Assembly: GCA_035913415.1 (NCBI GenBank)
Contig: JAMIIV010000207.1
Coordinates: forward strand, 23,498-87,497
Direction: 5' to 3'
From: Fibrobacteria bacterium
GTDB lineage: Bacteria > Fibrobacterota > Fibrobacteria > UBA5070
DNA: 64,000 nucleotides
Position 1 is the stretch's first letter. Every line of letters begins with the position of its first letter. Both the position numbers and the translations under genes were made by a program. Below the pieces are notes generated by a model. The model was not told the origin of the DNA, did no database searches, and worked only from the letters and a program-made list of their open reading frames with translations. Positions 1-10,485 of this stretch are shown here, in pieces.

Positions 1-37
1 TCTGCCAGAGCGACTTCTGAAACGGGACTCCCGCGGA

Positions 38-2614
38 TTGGTGCTCGACACCCAGTGGATAGAGATCTCCGGCGATATGCGGCGGTGGTCGATTTACGGA
101 GACCACACGCTTTTCGGCCCCGTGGTGCTGGACACCCTCCCCGGCCAATTGCCCAGCATCCCCAACGGCACCCGATGGAGGCTGTATCGATCGTTCCCCC
201 CCCTTGTTCCGGATCTCGGCCTGGATCAGGGAGAGGATCGGATCCTGGAGTTCCGAGCCGGTCTGTTCTGCCTCCCGGCCCCTAAGCGAGTGACCCTGTC
301 GAACGCGGATGCGGCGCACTGGATCGAGGCATGCTTCGATCTCGGCAGATTGCGATCTGGAACCCTGGGAGCTCCCACGTACCAGGATCTTGTGCTCCCC
401 GGTCTGCGAATGCGCCGCGACAGCGGCGACCAGGTCCATGGGGGCCGTTTCACCCGGCCCCCGTCCCACTTGTTGCTTGGCAGATGGAATGACCTTCAGT
501 TTGAGGACAGCGCACATCCTCCCGAAGACGCCGGCCTGCATTCCGTGATGGAACCCACTTGGCGAGACGAATCGGGGCAACGGCTCGCTCCTGGCGACCA
601 GCTTCCCTGGCCCGATGCGGATTCCGTCATTCTGATCGAACGTGGGCTCTGGACGGAGATCGCATGGAGTCTTTTCGCCGATGGCACGGCGATCCCGATG
701 TGGCTGACCGTCCCGGGATCGGGCGACACCCTGTTCCGCTCGCAATCCGAAGCCCTCCAACTGTATCCCCACAAATCAAACCGGATGAACATGAGGCGCA
801 TCGGAAAGATCCACCTCCCTCGGGCTCTCCTTGGCGATGACTGGGAACGTCCGGCCCACGAAGCCATGCTGAGCGGTTACATGCTCGGATGGAGCGGCTT
901 CATGATCCCGATCCCCAGCGCTTCCTCCGGCATGTCCTGGCGGAGGGATGGTCGGTCCTGGTCCGTGGCTCCGAGGTCGGGCATCATTCCCACCCCGACA
1001 ACATCGCCCACCAATGTCCACGAGGGAACACGGTGGATCACCTCGCCACCCTACCTGCGCCCGGATTCCATCTCGCGGGTGGAAGGACTGGGGGCCGTGA
1101 CCTGGGACGGAACGTTCTCGAACAGCCACGGCACCTTGTTCGCGCACGGTCGATTGGCACCGCTTGCCAGGCATCGCAGAACGTTGGGCAGCCATTCTCT
1201 GCCCGTTGCCGTGGCCGTCGACTGGCTCCGCGGCCAGGGGCGCGACAGCATCGGCTTTCCGAGGAAGCCCATAGTCCGTTTCGACACCATTTCCGAGCAG
1301 CTTCCCCTCTGGCGCGGGGCCAAAGTGATCGGAGATGGAAGACCCTGGAATCTGGTTCTGCGGAGGGATTCCCTGGTCTTCGAAACCGCCCGCCCCTGGC
1401 AACCCGATCTTCCCCCACATGCGGACTCGTCGCCAAGTCTTCGCGCTCCCTCGCTGTTGTGGACTCGTGGTTCGAGCGCCCGCATCCTCCGGGCTCTCTC
1501 TCCCCTTCCCGAAGTCGCACCCATCTTCGATTCCTCCTCCACGAGGGCCGTTGCCGTCTCGGGCGGCGTTTCGTTTCCCGTCGCCGACGTAACCCCGGTC
1601 ACCACCCGACTTCCCCCGCTTTCCTTCGAGGATTTGTGGGGGAAGAAGCGGTACGAAGCACGCGACACCCTCTTCGAATGGGTCGCGGGGAATTCCGGTT
1701 CGGACAGCCTGGTGAAAGGTGGCCATGCCTTCCTGGGTGCGGCGGTGAAGGCCTGGAATGAACACCGTCCCTTGCGTCTGTCTCCCGATGCGGTATGGAT
1801 GGTGCTCCTGGAAGCCCTGGCCACCCGGATCGAAGGAAACCCCGAAGGCTGCCGCAGGGACATGGTCCGCCACCAGGGTCAGCTCGAGCTGCGCTTCGAG
1901 CTGGATCCTTCCCATCGAACCTTGCTCTCCGAGGACTCCACCTGGAATCGGATCGTCTCTCTGATCCTGGCCCAGATGGATGGCCACGTACTTGCCGGTG
2001 GAGGTTCGAATCTCGCCCCGGTGTTTTCCACCACCACCCCCACACGCTCCCTTGCCACACGTGGACGGCTCCTGCCCCTGTACAAGCACTACTTCACGTA
2101 CTTGGATTATCCGATCTGCGGCATTCCCCAAATCACGCTGGAGGGCACGCCGGAAGACTGGAAGCTGCTGCGCCGACGGGTGCGGCACCTCGGGGTCTGC
2201 GGCCTGCGAGGCTGGACCAGGCAGGTCGATCCTGTTCTGGCAGAATTCGTCCGCGCCTCGGAGGGTCACCCGTCGCGCGCCTTCTGGAAGGCTTTCGTAC
2301 GGTTCAGTCCAGCAAAGGGAGGATGTGGCTCCACCCCCACCGTCGACGGATGGATCTCGGCCCTGATGCCGGTCAGCGAGTCAGGAGGGATTCGCCCCTT
2401 CATGAGTGCCATGAACCCCGATGACGTTCCCGATTCCCATGGATCCGCGAACGTCAACATCCACAACGGCCACGGCTGGACTCCCTACAGCTTCCGCTCC
2501 GGCTTCTCCGGCGTCGCCCAACATGCCGACGGCTCGTTGTTCCCGGAACTGGGATGGAACGTCTGGAAGGCGACACCGGTTCCCGTGTCTCCCCCTCCCG
2601 CCCGGGAGCCATGA
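38..2614 (+). CDS. Large hypothetical protein (858 aa); the C-terminal third is aromatic-rich and globular-looking
   Basis: Longest ORF in the region, with a protein-like mix of W/Y/F/K/E residues. The competing antisense ORF (776..2269) is G/R/P-rich and looks spurious. The start is a GTG reported by the ORF track, and the true start may lie downstream. No domain motif was recognised with confidence. Confidence 0.45.
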   Translation: MVLDTQWIEISGDMRRWSIYGDHTLFGPVVLDTLPGQLPSIPNGTRWRLYRSFPPLVPDLGLDQGEDRILEFRAGLFCLPAPKRVTLSNADAAHWIEACFDLGRLRSGTLGAPTYQDLVLPGLRMRRDSGDQVHGGRFTRPPSHLLLGRWNDLQFEDSAHPPEDAGLHSVMEPTWRDESGQRLAPGDQLPWPDADSVILIERGLWTEIAWSLFADGTAIPMWLTVPGSGDTLFRSQSEALQLYPHKSNRMNMRRIGKIHLPRALLGDDWERPAHEAMLSGYMLGWSGFMIPIPSASSGMSWRRDGRSWSVAPRSGIIPTPTTSPTNVHEGTRWITSPPYLRPDSISRVEGLGAVTWDGTFSNSHGTLFAHGRLAPLARHRRTLGSHSLPVAVAVDWLRGQGRDSIGFPRKPIVRFDTISEQLPLWRGAKVIGDGRPWNLVLRRDSLVFETARPWQPDLPPHADSSPSLRAPSLLWTRGSSARILRALSPLPEVAPIFDSSSTRAVAVSGGVSFPVADVTPVTTRLPPLSFEDLWGKKRYEARDTLFEWVAGNSGSDSLVKGGHAFLGAAVKAWNEHRPLRLSPDAVWMVLLEALATRIEGNPEGCRRDMVRHQGQLELRFELDPSHRTLLSEDSTWNRIVSLILAQMDGHVLAGGGSNLAPVFSTTTPTRSLATRGRLLPLYKHYFTYLDYPICGIPQITLEGTPEDWKLLRRRVRHLGVCGLRGWTRQVDPVLAEFVRASEGHPSRAFWKAFVRFSPAKGGCGSTPTVDGWISALMPVSESGGIRPFMSAMNPDDVPDSHGSANVNIHNGHGWTPYSFRSGFSGVAQHADGSLFPELGWNVWKATPVPVSPPPAREP

Positions 2615-2685
2615 CGACGACGATGCGAAGGCCCTGCATTGGTCCATGATCCGACGGCTCGCGCCCAACCTCTCCCTCGCGGACC

Positions 2686-3672
2686 TCACCAGACGCTGAT
2701 GTACACCGAACCCCACGCGGACCGGCCCAGGGTGTCGGCCCCGACGACGGTGTAGGTTCCCGAGGAGTAGCGCCCCGGGGCGCAGCGATGGGTGGTTTGG
2801 ACGTAGAGCCCCGTGTTGGAGATCAACCCGCCCTCCGCCGCCGTGCAGGCGATCCCTTCGATGCTCACGGACACGGGTTCGTCGGAAAATCCCGGAACCA
2901 CGGCCGACACCACCAGCGGGACCATCGCCCCGGAACGCAGCGAGACCGTCCAGGTTCCTCCTCCACCCGAGGCCGACAGCACGTCCGGATGGCGCAGATC
3001 GGGCTGGACGGAAATCGTCGGCATGGGGAGGTGGCGCACCTGGAACGACGCACGGGACTCCGCCCCGTCCGAGTCGATCGCGCGCCAGTGGATTTCGCGC
3101 CGTCCGCCTCCCGGGACCGGATCGAGGCGCACGCGTTCGGTGCGGATGGAGTACCGGTCGGGGACGGTGTCCCAGGAGACCTCCGGATTCGGGCCGTCGG
3201 GATCGGAGGCCCGGAGGGTCAGGTCGGCGGTGGTGTACAGATCCTGTCGCATGGTGGCCACCGGCTCCAGGCGCGGCGGGAGGTTCCCGATCCAGACCTC
3301 CGCCTGCACGGTGGTTCCGGCGATCCCGAGTTCGTCGGTCGCCCGGGCCGTGACCCGGTGGGAACCCGGCCACCAGCCCGCGGTGGACAAGGCGGTGTCG
3401 CGCGACTCATGGAGCGCACCATCCAGGGTCCATTCCACCGAGGCGACGCGCCGGACGGGGCTGGAGGCACGGGCGAGCACCAAGCCCGATTCGGGATCGC
3501 GGATGACCGTATCGCGCAGGCCCACGGCCGGTGGGTGGTAGGCGGTGCCTTCGGGATCACGGGGATTGTCCCAATCGCCTTCCGGCACGTCGGTGGTGCA
3601 GCCCGTCAGCGCTGTCAGCACCAACGGGGCCAGCAGGGATGGAAAGGTCTTCGAGGCGCGTGGAAACTTCAT
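2686..3672 (-). CDS. Secreted lipoprotein with beta-rich (Ig-like) repeats
   Basis: N-terminus MKFPRASKTFPSLLAPLVLTALTGC is a signal peptide with an LTGC lipobox. The rest is T/S/V-rich and beta-strand-like. Confidence 0.55.
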   Translation of the reverse strand: MKFPRASKTFPSLLAPLVLTALTGCTTDVPEGDWDNPRDPEGTAYHPPAVGLRDTVIRDPESGLVLARASSPVRRVASVEWTLDGALHESRDTALSTAGWWPGSHRVTARATDELGIAGTTVQAEVWIGNLPPRLEPVATMRQDLYTTADLTLRASDPDGPNPEVSWDTVPDRYSIRTERVRLDPVPGGGRREIHWRAIDSDGAESRASFQVRHLPMPTISVQPDLRHPDVLSASGGGGTWTVSLRSGAMVPLVVSAVVPGFSDEPVSVSIEGIACTAAEGGLISNTGLYVQTTHRCAPGRYSSGTYTVVGADTLGRSAWGSVYISVW

Positions 3673-3684
3673 TCGGGTTCCCCT

Positions 3685-5592
3685 TCAGAACACCCAGGTG
3701 AGCGCGAACCCGGACGCCCCCAACACGGCGAGGGAGCCGGCCACCCAAGCGTTGCCGCGAGCGTCCCGTTCGTCGGCGCGCGCTTGGTCGTAGCGTGCCT
3801 TGGGCACGGCGAAGTCGGATTCCGCCGAACGGTAGGCGTCCTGGGCTCGTTGCGCCTCGTCGGAGGCTTCGGCGGCCTGCTGGACGTACCACCCCGCGGC
3901 GACGCCGGCCACCAGGGCGGCGCCTCCGCTGAAGACCCGGAAGAAGGTGCGCACCCGCTCCCGACGCCGGGCCTGGACTTCGGGAGACAGGGGGAGCGAG
4001 GCGTAGAAGCTCGTGGTCAGTCCGGCCGTCAGGGAGAGATCGCGCTCCCAGGGGACCCGATCCGGAGCCTGCACCACCAGACGGTGCGGCCCGGGCTCCA
4101 GTGAGTCGGAGGACCAGACCCAACTCACCACCTGCGACTCGACCCGATTTCCGTCGATCGTCCGATGCCGGGTGGCTTCCGGCATCATCGCACCCAGGGA
4201 GGTGCCGTCGAGGGTGATGCGGGCCTCGTTGCCCGTCCGCACGCGCAAGGACGAGAATCGACTTTCCAAACGGGCGTCGACCATGGTCTCGTCACCTTTG
4301 CGCAGGAAGATCTCCCGGCGCCAATCCTGTTTGCCGGGCGCACGCACCGTGACCACGCGGCGCCCCGGCGCAAGGGTGTCGATCCGCATCGGGACACGGC
4401 CTCGCGGTTGCTCGTCGATCCAGACCTCGGCCTCGGCGGAGGCGCTGAAGAACACGCCCGCGAAGCGGCGCAGGGGCTCCAGAGTTTCGGTGGCCCCCTG
4501 GCGGATCTCCACGTCCCGGTCCAGGGTGTCCCACATCGGGTGGTGCAACACCACCTTCCAGCGCCCCGGCGGCAGGGCGATGGGATCGACCCCCGCATGG
4601 GCCCGCAGGGTGTCGCGCCGGTGGATCAGGAGCAACGCGGCTTCGGGAGCCGGATCCAGGACCAGATACCCCGCCGGACGCAGACGGACCTTCAGGCTCG
4701 TGGGACGGTCGAGCACCAGGGAGGCCGTCACGACGGTGTCCAGCCAACCCGCCTTGCGCAGATGCACCTGGTGCGAACCCACCAGCAGGGAATCGAGTTT
4801 CAGGGGAGTGGTGCCCAACTCGCGACGGGTTCTGTCATCCGGGAAGACCGCGGCCCCCGACGGCTCCGAGAACACCTTGAGGGACGACATCCCGCTGTCC
4901 AGTTGGAGCTCGATCCGCTTCAGATCGTCGCGTTGCAGGTGCACCGATTGCGCCCCCCGCCGCGTGGCGGTGCGCGCTTCCAGGAGATGTACCCCGGCCG
5001 GCAAACCCTCCAGCAGGAACGGACTGCGCCCGAGCACGCGTTTCCCATCCAGGAACAGGACGGCGGTCGTGTCGGAGAGTTCCACCTGGAGGTCGCCGGC
5101 CCCCACCTCGGTGGATTCCCGCTGGCGCGCCACCAACGCGCCTTGCGCCAGCCGCTCCCCGAGCCGGGGCACCGAGACCGCGAGCAGTTCGTCCACCGAC
5201 AACGCCCCATCCTGGCTGGCGTCGAAGAGCACCTCGCCCGACTGCACATCCAGGATGCGGGCCGCCAGCACGTACTGGTCGCCGATCTTGCCCACGGTCC
5301 CCACCACCATGCGGTCGACGGCCAGCAACCGCCCGATCTCGACCGCGCACTCGCCCCGCTCGCAGGCGCCGCTGGCCTGGAAGGCCTGCTCCTTCAGGAT
5401 GCGATCCATCTCGGAACGCTCCAGGACCCGGACCTTCCCCGACTGCAACAGGACGGCCCGCAGCCGCTCGGAGAGGATCGCGGCTTCGTCGCGACCGAGC
5501 CCTCGCGGACGGAGGTCTTCCACCGCCAGCAAGGGCATCTGGGCCGCGCGGGCCAGGCCCACGAACATCAGGAACACGAACAGGAACTTCAT
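3685..5592 (-). CDS. PEGA-domain repeat protein with signal peptide and C-terminal transmembrane segment
   Basis: Start chosen at MKFLFVFLMFVGLARAAQ, a signal peptide. It has several PEGA-like repeats (for example FSEPSGAAVFPDDRTRRELGTTPL). A hydrophobic stretch AALVAGVAAGWYV lies near the C-terminus. Confidence 0.6.
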   Translation of the reverse strand: MKFLFVFLMFVGLARAAQMPLLAVEDLRPRGLGRDEAAILSERLRAVLLQSGKVRVLERSEMDRILKEQAFQASGACERGECAVEIGRLLAVDRMVVGTVGKIGDQYVLAARILDVQSGEVLFDASQDGALSVDELLAVSVPRLGERLAQGALVARQRESTEVGAGDLQVELSDTTAVLFLDGKRVLGRSPFLLEGLPAGVHLLEARTATRRGAQSVHLQRDDLKRIELQLDSGMSSLKVFSEPSGAAVFPDDRTRRELGTTPLKLDSLLVGSHQVHLRKAGWLDTVVTASLVLDRPTSLKVRLRPAGYLVLDPAPEAALLLIHRRDTLRAHAGVDPIALPPGRWKVVLHHPMWDTLDRDVEIRQGATETLEPLRRFAGVFFSASAEAEVWIDEQPRGRVPMRIDTLAPGRRVVTVRAPGKQDWRREIFLRKGDETMVDARLESRFSSLRVRTGNEARITLDGTSLGAMMPEATRHRTIDGNRVESQVVSWVWSSDSLEPGPHRLVVQAPDRVPWERDLSLTAGLTTSFYASLPLSPEVQARRRERVRTFFRVFSGGAALVAGVAAGWYVQQAAEASDEAQRAQDAYRSAESDFAVPKARYDQARADERDARGNAWVAGSLAVLGASGFALTWVF

Positions 5593-5748
5593 GGCAGCAG
5601 GGACCCGGGGGGACTGGGAAGGAAACAGGTCGAGGTGGACCTGAAAACCTACATGCCGCCGGAACGCGCAAACCGTGACGGCGCTCACATGCCCGCACCG
5701 TGCGGAATTTGTCCATTCGACACCCTGGAAGTCCCTTCCGCGCCGTGG

Positions 5749-8052
5749 TCAGAGTCCCGGGGCGAACACGGTGGACGAACCGGCCGCGCAGCGAATCCGC
5801 ACCACGGTCGAACCCTCCCGCCGTGGCAAGGGGATCCGGGTTTCCTGGGCCTCCAGGACGACCTCGCGACTCCAGAGGCGCCGACCACCGAGATCGAATT
5901 CCTCCAGGATCGCGGGTCCCGCCACGACCGAACGCACGCAGGCGACCCGACCTCGGAGGACGAGATGGATGGCCTCCGAACCCTGTGCCCCACCACCCCG
6001 GCTTCGGACGGGTTCCTGGATCGCGACCGCATACCCGAAACTGGCGTGTGTCGCCGAAGCCTGCAGGATCCAACCCTCCGCCGACCCCGCCGAGGGCAGG
6101 ACCGACAGCGAGAACGCAGTGATGGCCGACCCGAGGACCGGACTCTGCCAGAGAGGATCGGGGCTGTCCAGAGTCAGAATCCCCAACCGTCCTGCGGAGG
6201 TGGCGTACGCGTAGAGCGGCGCCGTCGAATCGCTGCCCGGCAGCAGGACGAGTTGTTCGATCGGAGCGCCCACCGCGTAGCGGCGAGTCCACACCCGCGC
6301 TCCGGTGCGGCGCGACCACGCGAAGAGGGTGGTGTCCAGGTCGGCGACCACCACGTCGGAAATTCCGCTGGGCGGGTTGGGCAGGAGCGCGAACGCACCA
6401 CTGGCCCTGGTCTGGCTGGGGAGTCGCACGGCCTTGGCGGCAGAGGAGTCGAACACCCAGACGCCACCGTTCTCCCACTGGGTGGGAGGCGAGCCGATCA
6501 CGAGATCGATCGAATCGATGTGGCGCAAACGGGCGATGGTTCCCGTGGTGAGCTGCCGATAGACCGAGGGCGACGAGCGTTTCCAGATCACGGAATCCAG
6601 CTCGTTGCGCAACTGGAGTTGGCCGTTGTGGGTCAGATGTGGCTCGCTGCGAGAGGCTCCCCCGTCCAGCAGGGTGGACCAGACCGCATAGGATTCCGGA
6701 GCGCGCCGCAGATCGGCCGTGACGAATTGCGAGGTATCGGACAGAAGCAGGGCCGTGCGCGCGTCAGATCCCGGTCGAACCTCCTTGCGCACGTAGCTGC
6801 CCGGCAGAAAACGAGCACCCCGGCTCGCCCCTGAACTGTCCAGGGACAACACGTAATCCTCGATGGCGACCAGGATCCTCCTTCGGCCTTCCTCGTCGAG
6901 GACCGAACTGGAGGGGAGAACGGGCAAACGGTGCCCCGGGCTGCGCCAGACCACTCGGCGACGGGAGGCGTCGGCCATCACCAACTGGTCGTCGGCGGTC
7001 GTGCCAACGTCGCCGGCCCAGACGACCTTCGCCTTCTTGCCCGTCCCGATCGGCCCCACCCACAACCCCCAAGCTCCCGAATTGGGGTTGGGGGTCTTCC
7101 AGTTTTCCGACGAATCCGGACCCAGGCGGTACAAATCACCCGATTGGTTGTCGACCACGAACAGGCGGTCCGGCCCACCCAGGCTCTCGGGCGCCACCGC
7201 GACCGCATCGAAATAGCCACCGTCGGCCTCCAAGGACCACAACCGCTCGCCGGTGGCGGCACGGAATCCGACCACCCTGCCGCTGTCGGCCACGATCTCG
7301 TCCAAGCCGTCCTGATCCAGGTCGCCCAGATGGACTCGGATGCCCCAGGGGAGTCGTCCAGGCCGTCTCCCCAGACTGTCGAAGCCCGTGCCGCGCCAGC
7401 GCCGAAGGATCCCGTTCGGCTCGACCAAGTCGATCGAATCGCGGTGGAGGGGGTGTCCCAGGGCGACCGCCGCGGCACTGGCCAACGACGCACGTCCCTT
7501 CTCGCGGAACTGGTGGTCGAGGAACAGAATCTGTCCCCGCGTCCGTTGGTCGTCCCCGCTCAGGCACACGATCTCCTCAGCCCCATCGTGGTCGATGTCG
7601 ACCAGATCGATCCTGCGGACGCCGTCCAGTGAATCCCCCCGGACGGACAGCGACCGAGGTACGAGGGAATCTCCCTCCAAGAGCAGCAGGCGTCCATCGG
7701 AGCGTCCCAGAAGGATGCGCAGACGGCCATTCTGCGGAGGCAGACTGCGCAGGGCACTGGCACCGATCTCTCCACCCGCCCCCCAGTACCGGGGCATCGG
7801 AACCAGCGTGGTATCCCCTTCTTCCGAACAAAAGATCTGAACGATGTTGCCACCCGTGGTCCATCCCCCGTAGATGCCGTCGTTGGACGCCACCGCAAGG
7901 CAATGTCTGCCATCGGAGAGCGTGACCGAGTCCATGCCTCCGACGCCGGGCATGGCACCGGTGAAGCCGATGTTCCAGAGCGGACGGACATCGAGCCGAG
8001 AAGGGGCCGAGGGAATGGCACAGGCAAGGACGAGGGCAACGAGGCTGATCAT
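5749..8052 (-). CDS. FG-GAP/beta-propeller repeat secreted protein with a putative T9SS C-terminal sorting domain
   Basis: Start at MISLVALVLACAIPSAPS, a signal peptide; the start position is frame-consistent. It carries repeated DxDxDG-like motifs (DLVDIDHDGAEEIV, LGDLDQDGLDEIV) typical of FG-GAP/VCBS repeats. The C-terminal approximately 60 aa resemble a Por-secretion tail (FDLGGRRLWSREV...TVVRIRCAAG). Confidence 0.6.
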   Translation of the reverse strand: MISLVALVLACAIPSAPSRLDVRPLWNIGFTGAMPGVGGMDSVTLSDGRHCLAVASNDGIYGGWTTGGNIVQIFCSEEGDTTLVPMPRYWGAGGEIGASALRSLPPQNGRLRILLGRSDGRLLLLEGDSLVPRSLSVRGDSLDGVRRIDLVDIDHDGAEEIVCLSGDDQRTRGQILFLDHQFREKGRASLASAAAVALGHPLHRDSIDLVEPNGILRRWRGTGFDSLGRRPGRLPWGIRVHLGDLDQDGLDEIVADSGRVVGFRAATGERLWSLEADGGYFDAVAVAPESLGGPDRLFVVDNQSGDLYRLGPDSSENWKTPNPNSGAWGLWVGPIGTGKKAKVVWAGDVGTTADDQLVMADASRRRVVWRSPGHRLPVLPSSSVLDEEGRRRILVAIEDYVLSLDSSGASRGARFLPGSYVRKEVRPGSDARTALLLSDTSQFVTADLRRAPESYAVWSTLLDGGASRSEPHLTHNGQLQLRNELDSVIWKRSSPSVYRQLTTGTIARLRHIDSIDLVIGSPPTQWENGGVWVFDSSAAKAVRLPSQTRASGAFALLPNPPSGISDVVVADLDTTLFAWSRRTGARVWTRRYAVGAPIEQLVLLPGSDSTAPLYAYATSAGRLGILTLDSPDPLWQSPVLGSAITAFSLSVLPSAGSAEGWILQASATHASFGYAVAIQEPVRSRGGGAQGSEAIHLVLRGRVACVRSVVAGPAILEEFDLGGRRLWSREVVLEAQETRIPLPRREGSTVVRIRCAAGSSTVFAPGL

Positions 8053-8117
8053 AAAAGCTCCGGGAATGGATCGATGATAGGAATCCGTTCCCCCGGTGCC
8101 AGCGTCCTCCGGTCTGA

Positions 8118-8744
8118 TCAGGCCAGCGCGCCGCGGGCGCCGCCCGCACCCCCCAGCAAGTGGAACTCCTCCCCCGGCGTCAGGACCGGGAGCAGATGCA
8201 GGATGTCGCCCCGCATGGCAAGCAGGATGCCCAGATAGGTGCGCAGATTGCGGGCGAACTCCGCGAAGATCCCGGCCGTACGCGAGACCGGGGGCGGCAT
8301 CCGTTCCGCCAAGTGCGCCGCGAAGCCGTAGTAGGCACTGGCGCGATCGGCGAGATTGTTCTCGGTGATCTGGTAATAACGCCCCACCTGCCGGCCCTGC
8401 AAGCCATCCCACAACCCCAGATGCAGCAGATAGCGGTCGGCCGCCGTGCGGTAGCCGTCCAGGCGTTCCCGTGGACTTCTCATCTTCGATGTCTTGTCGG
8501 CCACGTCCATGTCCAGACGCTCTCCTTGGCGATCCACCTCCAGGAGCCACGGCGCTTGCGCCATGTGCGCCAGAAGCGAGGCCAGGTAGATCGTCGCCGC
8601 CGGATCCTCTTCGAAAAGGACGTCCCGTTTTTCGCGTTCCTTCCGCGCGTCCAGGATTCGTTCCACGAACCACCCGAACAGGTTTTGTTGTCCGATGTCG
8701 ACCAAGTCCATGAGAGCCTCCTCCCGCGAACACTCCGCATCCAT
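8118..8744 (-). CDS. Hypothetical protein
   Basis: Protein-like composition with no recognised motif. It lies between the amylase and the FG-GAP gene on the same strand. Confidence 0.35.
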   Translation of the reverse strand: MDAECSREEALMDLVDIGQQNLFGWFVERILDARKEREKRDVLFEEDPAATIYLASLLAHMAQAPWLLEVDRQGERLDMDVADKTSKMRSPRERLDGYRTAADRYLLHLGLWDGLQGRQVGRYYQITENNLADRASAYYGFAAHLAERMPPPVSRTAGIFAEFARNLRTYLGILLAMRGDILHLLPVLTPGEEFHLLGGAGGARGALA

Positions 8745-9046
8745 TCACGCATCTTGCAGGAAGCGTGCCGTCGCATACGGGAGCTCGGGGACAAACGGAA
8801 CCCGGCAGGATCCGCCGCCTTCATGGACACAATCAGACAAACTTCGACAATGGAGTCAGACCCAGAGACAATGCATGGTTCCGCCAATATCGTTCCGGGC
8901 AAGAGACCGCCCCCCCGTTGCGTTCGCCGGAGCGGACAAATCGAGGCGGCTTGCTCCGGGGATCTCGACACGCTCGATCACCGGACGGACAAGCTCGACC
9001 ACCGGGCTGAAACGATCAAGCAGCTCGACCAGGGCCCCGCGAGGGA

Positions 9047-10363
9047 TCAGTCTTCCAGGAGCCACATCTGCGCTTGCCGTGGAGGCAAGGCCAGGTGGAG
9101 GTGTTCGTCGAGGATGGTCATGCGGTGCTGGTGGATCTGGCAACGGTAGGTTCCCCGGCGCAGGCACGAGGCGTCCAGGAAAGGACTGCTCCAGTGCCGG
9201 CCCTTGTTGACGGCGACCAGGCCGCGGTCGCCCCGCACGAAGACCAGGCAGTCGTCGTCCTCCCACAGCGTGCGCTGGGGGAGACCGTGTACCGCATTGT
9301 GGAATCCGACCATCTGCACGATGTCGTAGCGATCCCAGCACCCGTCCCAGCGACCGTTGTCTTCGGGGAATCGCACCACACTCTCGCCGTGGTCGGAATA
9401 GACCATGGGCACGCCTCCGTCGCGCCCCAGCACGTAGGCGTTGGCCAAAAACTCGTCGTGCCCCTCCAGGATCATGCCTCGGAATCCGTCGTTGTTGGGG
9501 ACGTCGTGGGTGATGGTGAACGTGACGGCCTGGTGCGGCGGCAGGGCCATCCCCACCGCGGCTGGATCGGAGAGGCAGCGCATGGAGCCGCCCGGAGAGA
9601 ACGCCCGCAGCAGCGATTGCTGGAGCGGGAAGTCGTAGCAGGGCAGGCCCGTGTCGCGTACGATGGGCCAGAGGAATTCGCGATTCTGCTGGTCGTCGAA
9701 GGTCAGGGTCTCGCCGAACAGGAACTTGCCCCGCAAGGGCTCGGAGTGGAAGACGGCCGTGATGTGGTCGGTGGGCAGATGCTTGACGGCGTCCACACGG
9801 AAGCCTTCGAAGCCGATGTCGACCAAAGCCTTGAGGCAGCGGATCTGTTCCTGGACCACAGCGATGGACAAGACCAGATCGGGCAAACCCGACAGGGCGC
9901 GATGGACGATCTCCTCGGAATCCGTCCAGTCGGCGATGTCGCGCGGCGGGTGGAAATCGCGCTCGGTGAACAGGCCTTCGTCGAGGTTGCCGTAGAGCCG
10001 GTCCTTCTCGAACTCCTCGCGTTCGGCGGCGTAGCGCGCCAATTCCGCACGGCCGGGGAACTGGAATCGGTCCGTGCGGTTCTCGTTGGCCATGTGGTTG
10101 AAGACGACATCGACGTACGATCGCACGCCCAGAGCCTTCAAAGCCTGGATGGCCGCGACAAGATCCGCCTTGCGCCCCGACCACGAGCGCACCACGCGGT
10201 AGTCCTTGGGCTGGTAGGCCTGCCACCATTCGGACCCCTCGGGATCGGAATAGAACGGCGGTGGGAACAACACCGCACCGTAGCCGGCGGCGGCGATCTC
10301 CTGGGCTTTGGCGGCGATCTCCTGGTAGGTCCAGTGGAAGGCGTGGAGGATGACATCGCGCAT
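9047..10363 (-). CDS. Alpha-amylase family glycoside hydrolase (GH13), likely cytoplasmic
   Basis: Start at MRDVILHAFHW. GH13 conserved regions are present: VDVVFNHM, GFRVDAVKH and FTITHD. There is no signal peptide. Confidence 0.8.
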   Translation of the reverse strand: MRDVILHAFHWTYQEIAAKAQEIAAAGYGAVLFPPPFYSDPEGSEWWQAYQPKDYRVVRSWSGRKADLVAAIQALKALGVRSYVDVVFNHMANENRTDRFQFPGRAELARYAAEREEFEKDRLYGNLDEGLFTERDFHPPRDIADWTDSEEIVHRALSGLPDLVLSIAVVQEQIRCLKALVDIGFEGFRVDAVKHLPTDHITAVFHSEPLRGKFLFGETLTFDDQQNREFLWPIVRDTGLPCYDFPLQQSLLRAFSPGGSMRCLSDPAAVGMALPPHQAVTFTITHDVPNNDGFRGMILEGHDEFLANAYVLGRDGGVPMVYSDHGESVVRFPEDNGRWDGCWDRYDIVQMVGFHNAVHGLPQRTLWEDDDCLVFVRGDRGLVAVNKGRHWSSPFLDASCLRRGTYRCQIHQHRMTILDEHLHLALPPRQAQMWLLED

Positions 10364-10485
10364 GGGGGGAACTCCTGCCGAAATCCCACCGAGGGAGGAT
10401 GAAGGGGATGCAAGGATCCGGCTTGATCGAGAAATGAAGGAAAACCGCCGAACTCCGAAGCTCCGGGAGTGAGCTCCGTCACGGA

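Noticed and set aside
776-2269. 497-aa antisense ORF opposite the 858-aa protein. Similar long antisense ORFs occur at 2381..3373, 2788..4104, 4165..6834, 4835..6478, 8856..10229, 9074..10402, 20158..21948, 20190..22385, 21898..24801, 25664..28132, 29707..31386, 35858..37837 and 54148..56859.
   Set aside because: All are extremely G/R/P/A-rich with low-complexity composition, as expected for stop-codon-poor antisense frames in 68% GC DNA. Each overlaps a gene with clear motifs on the other strand.
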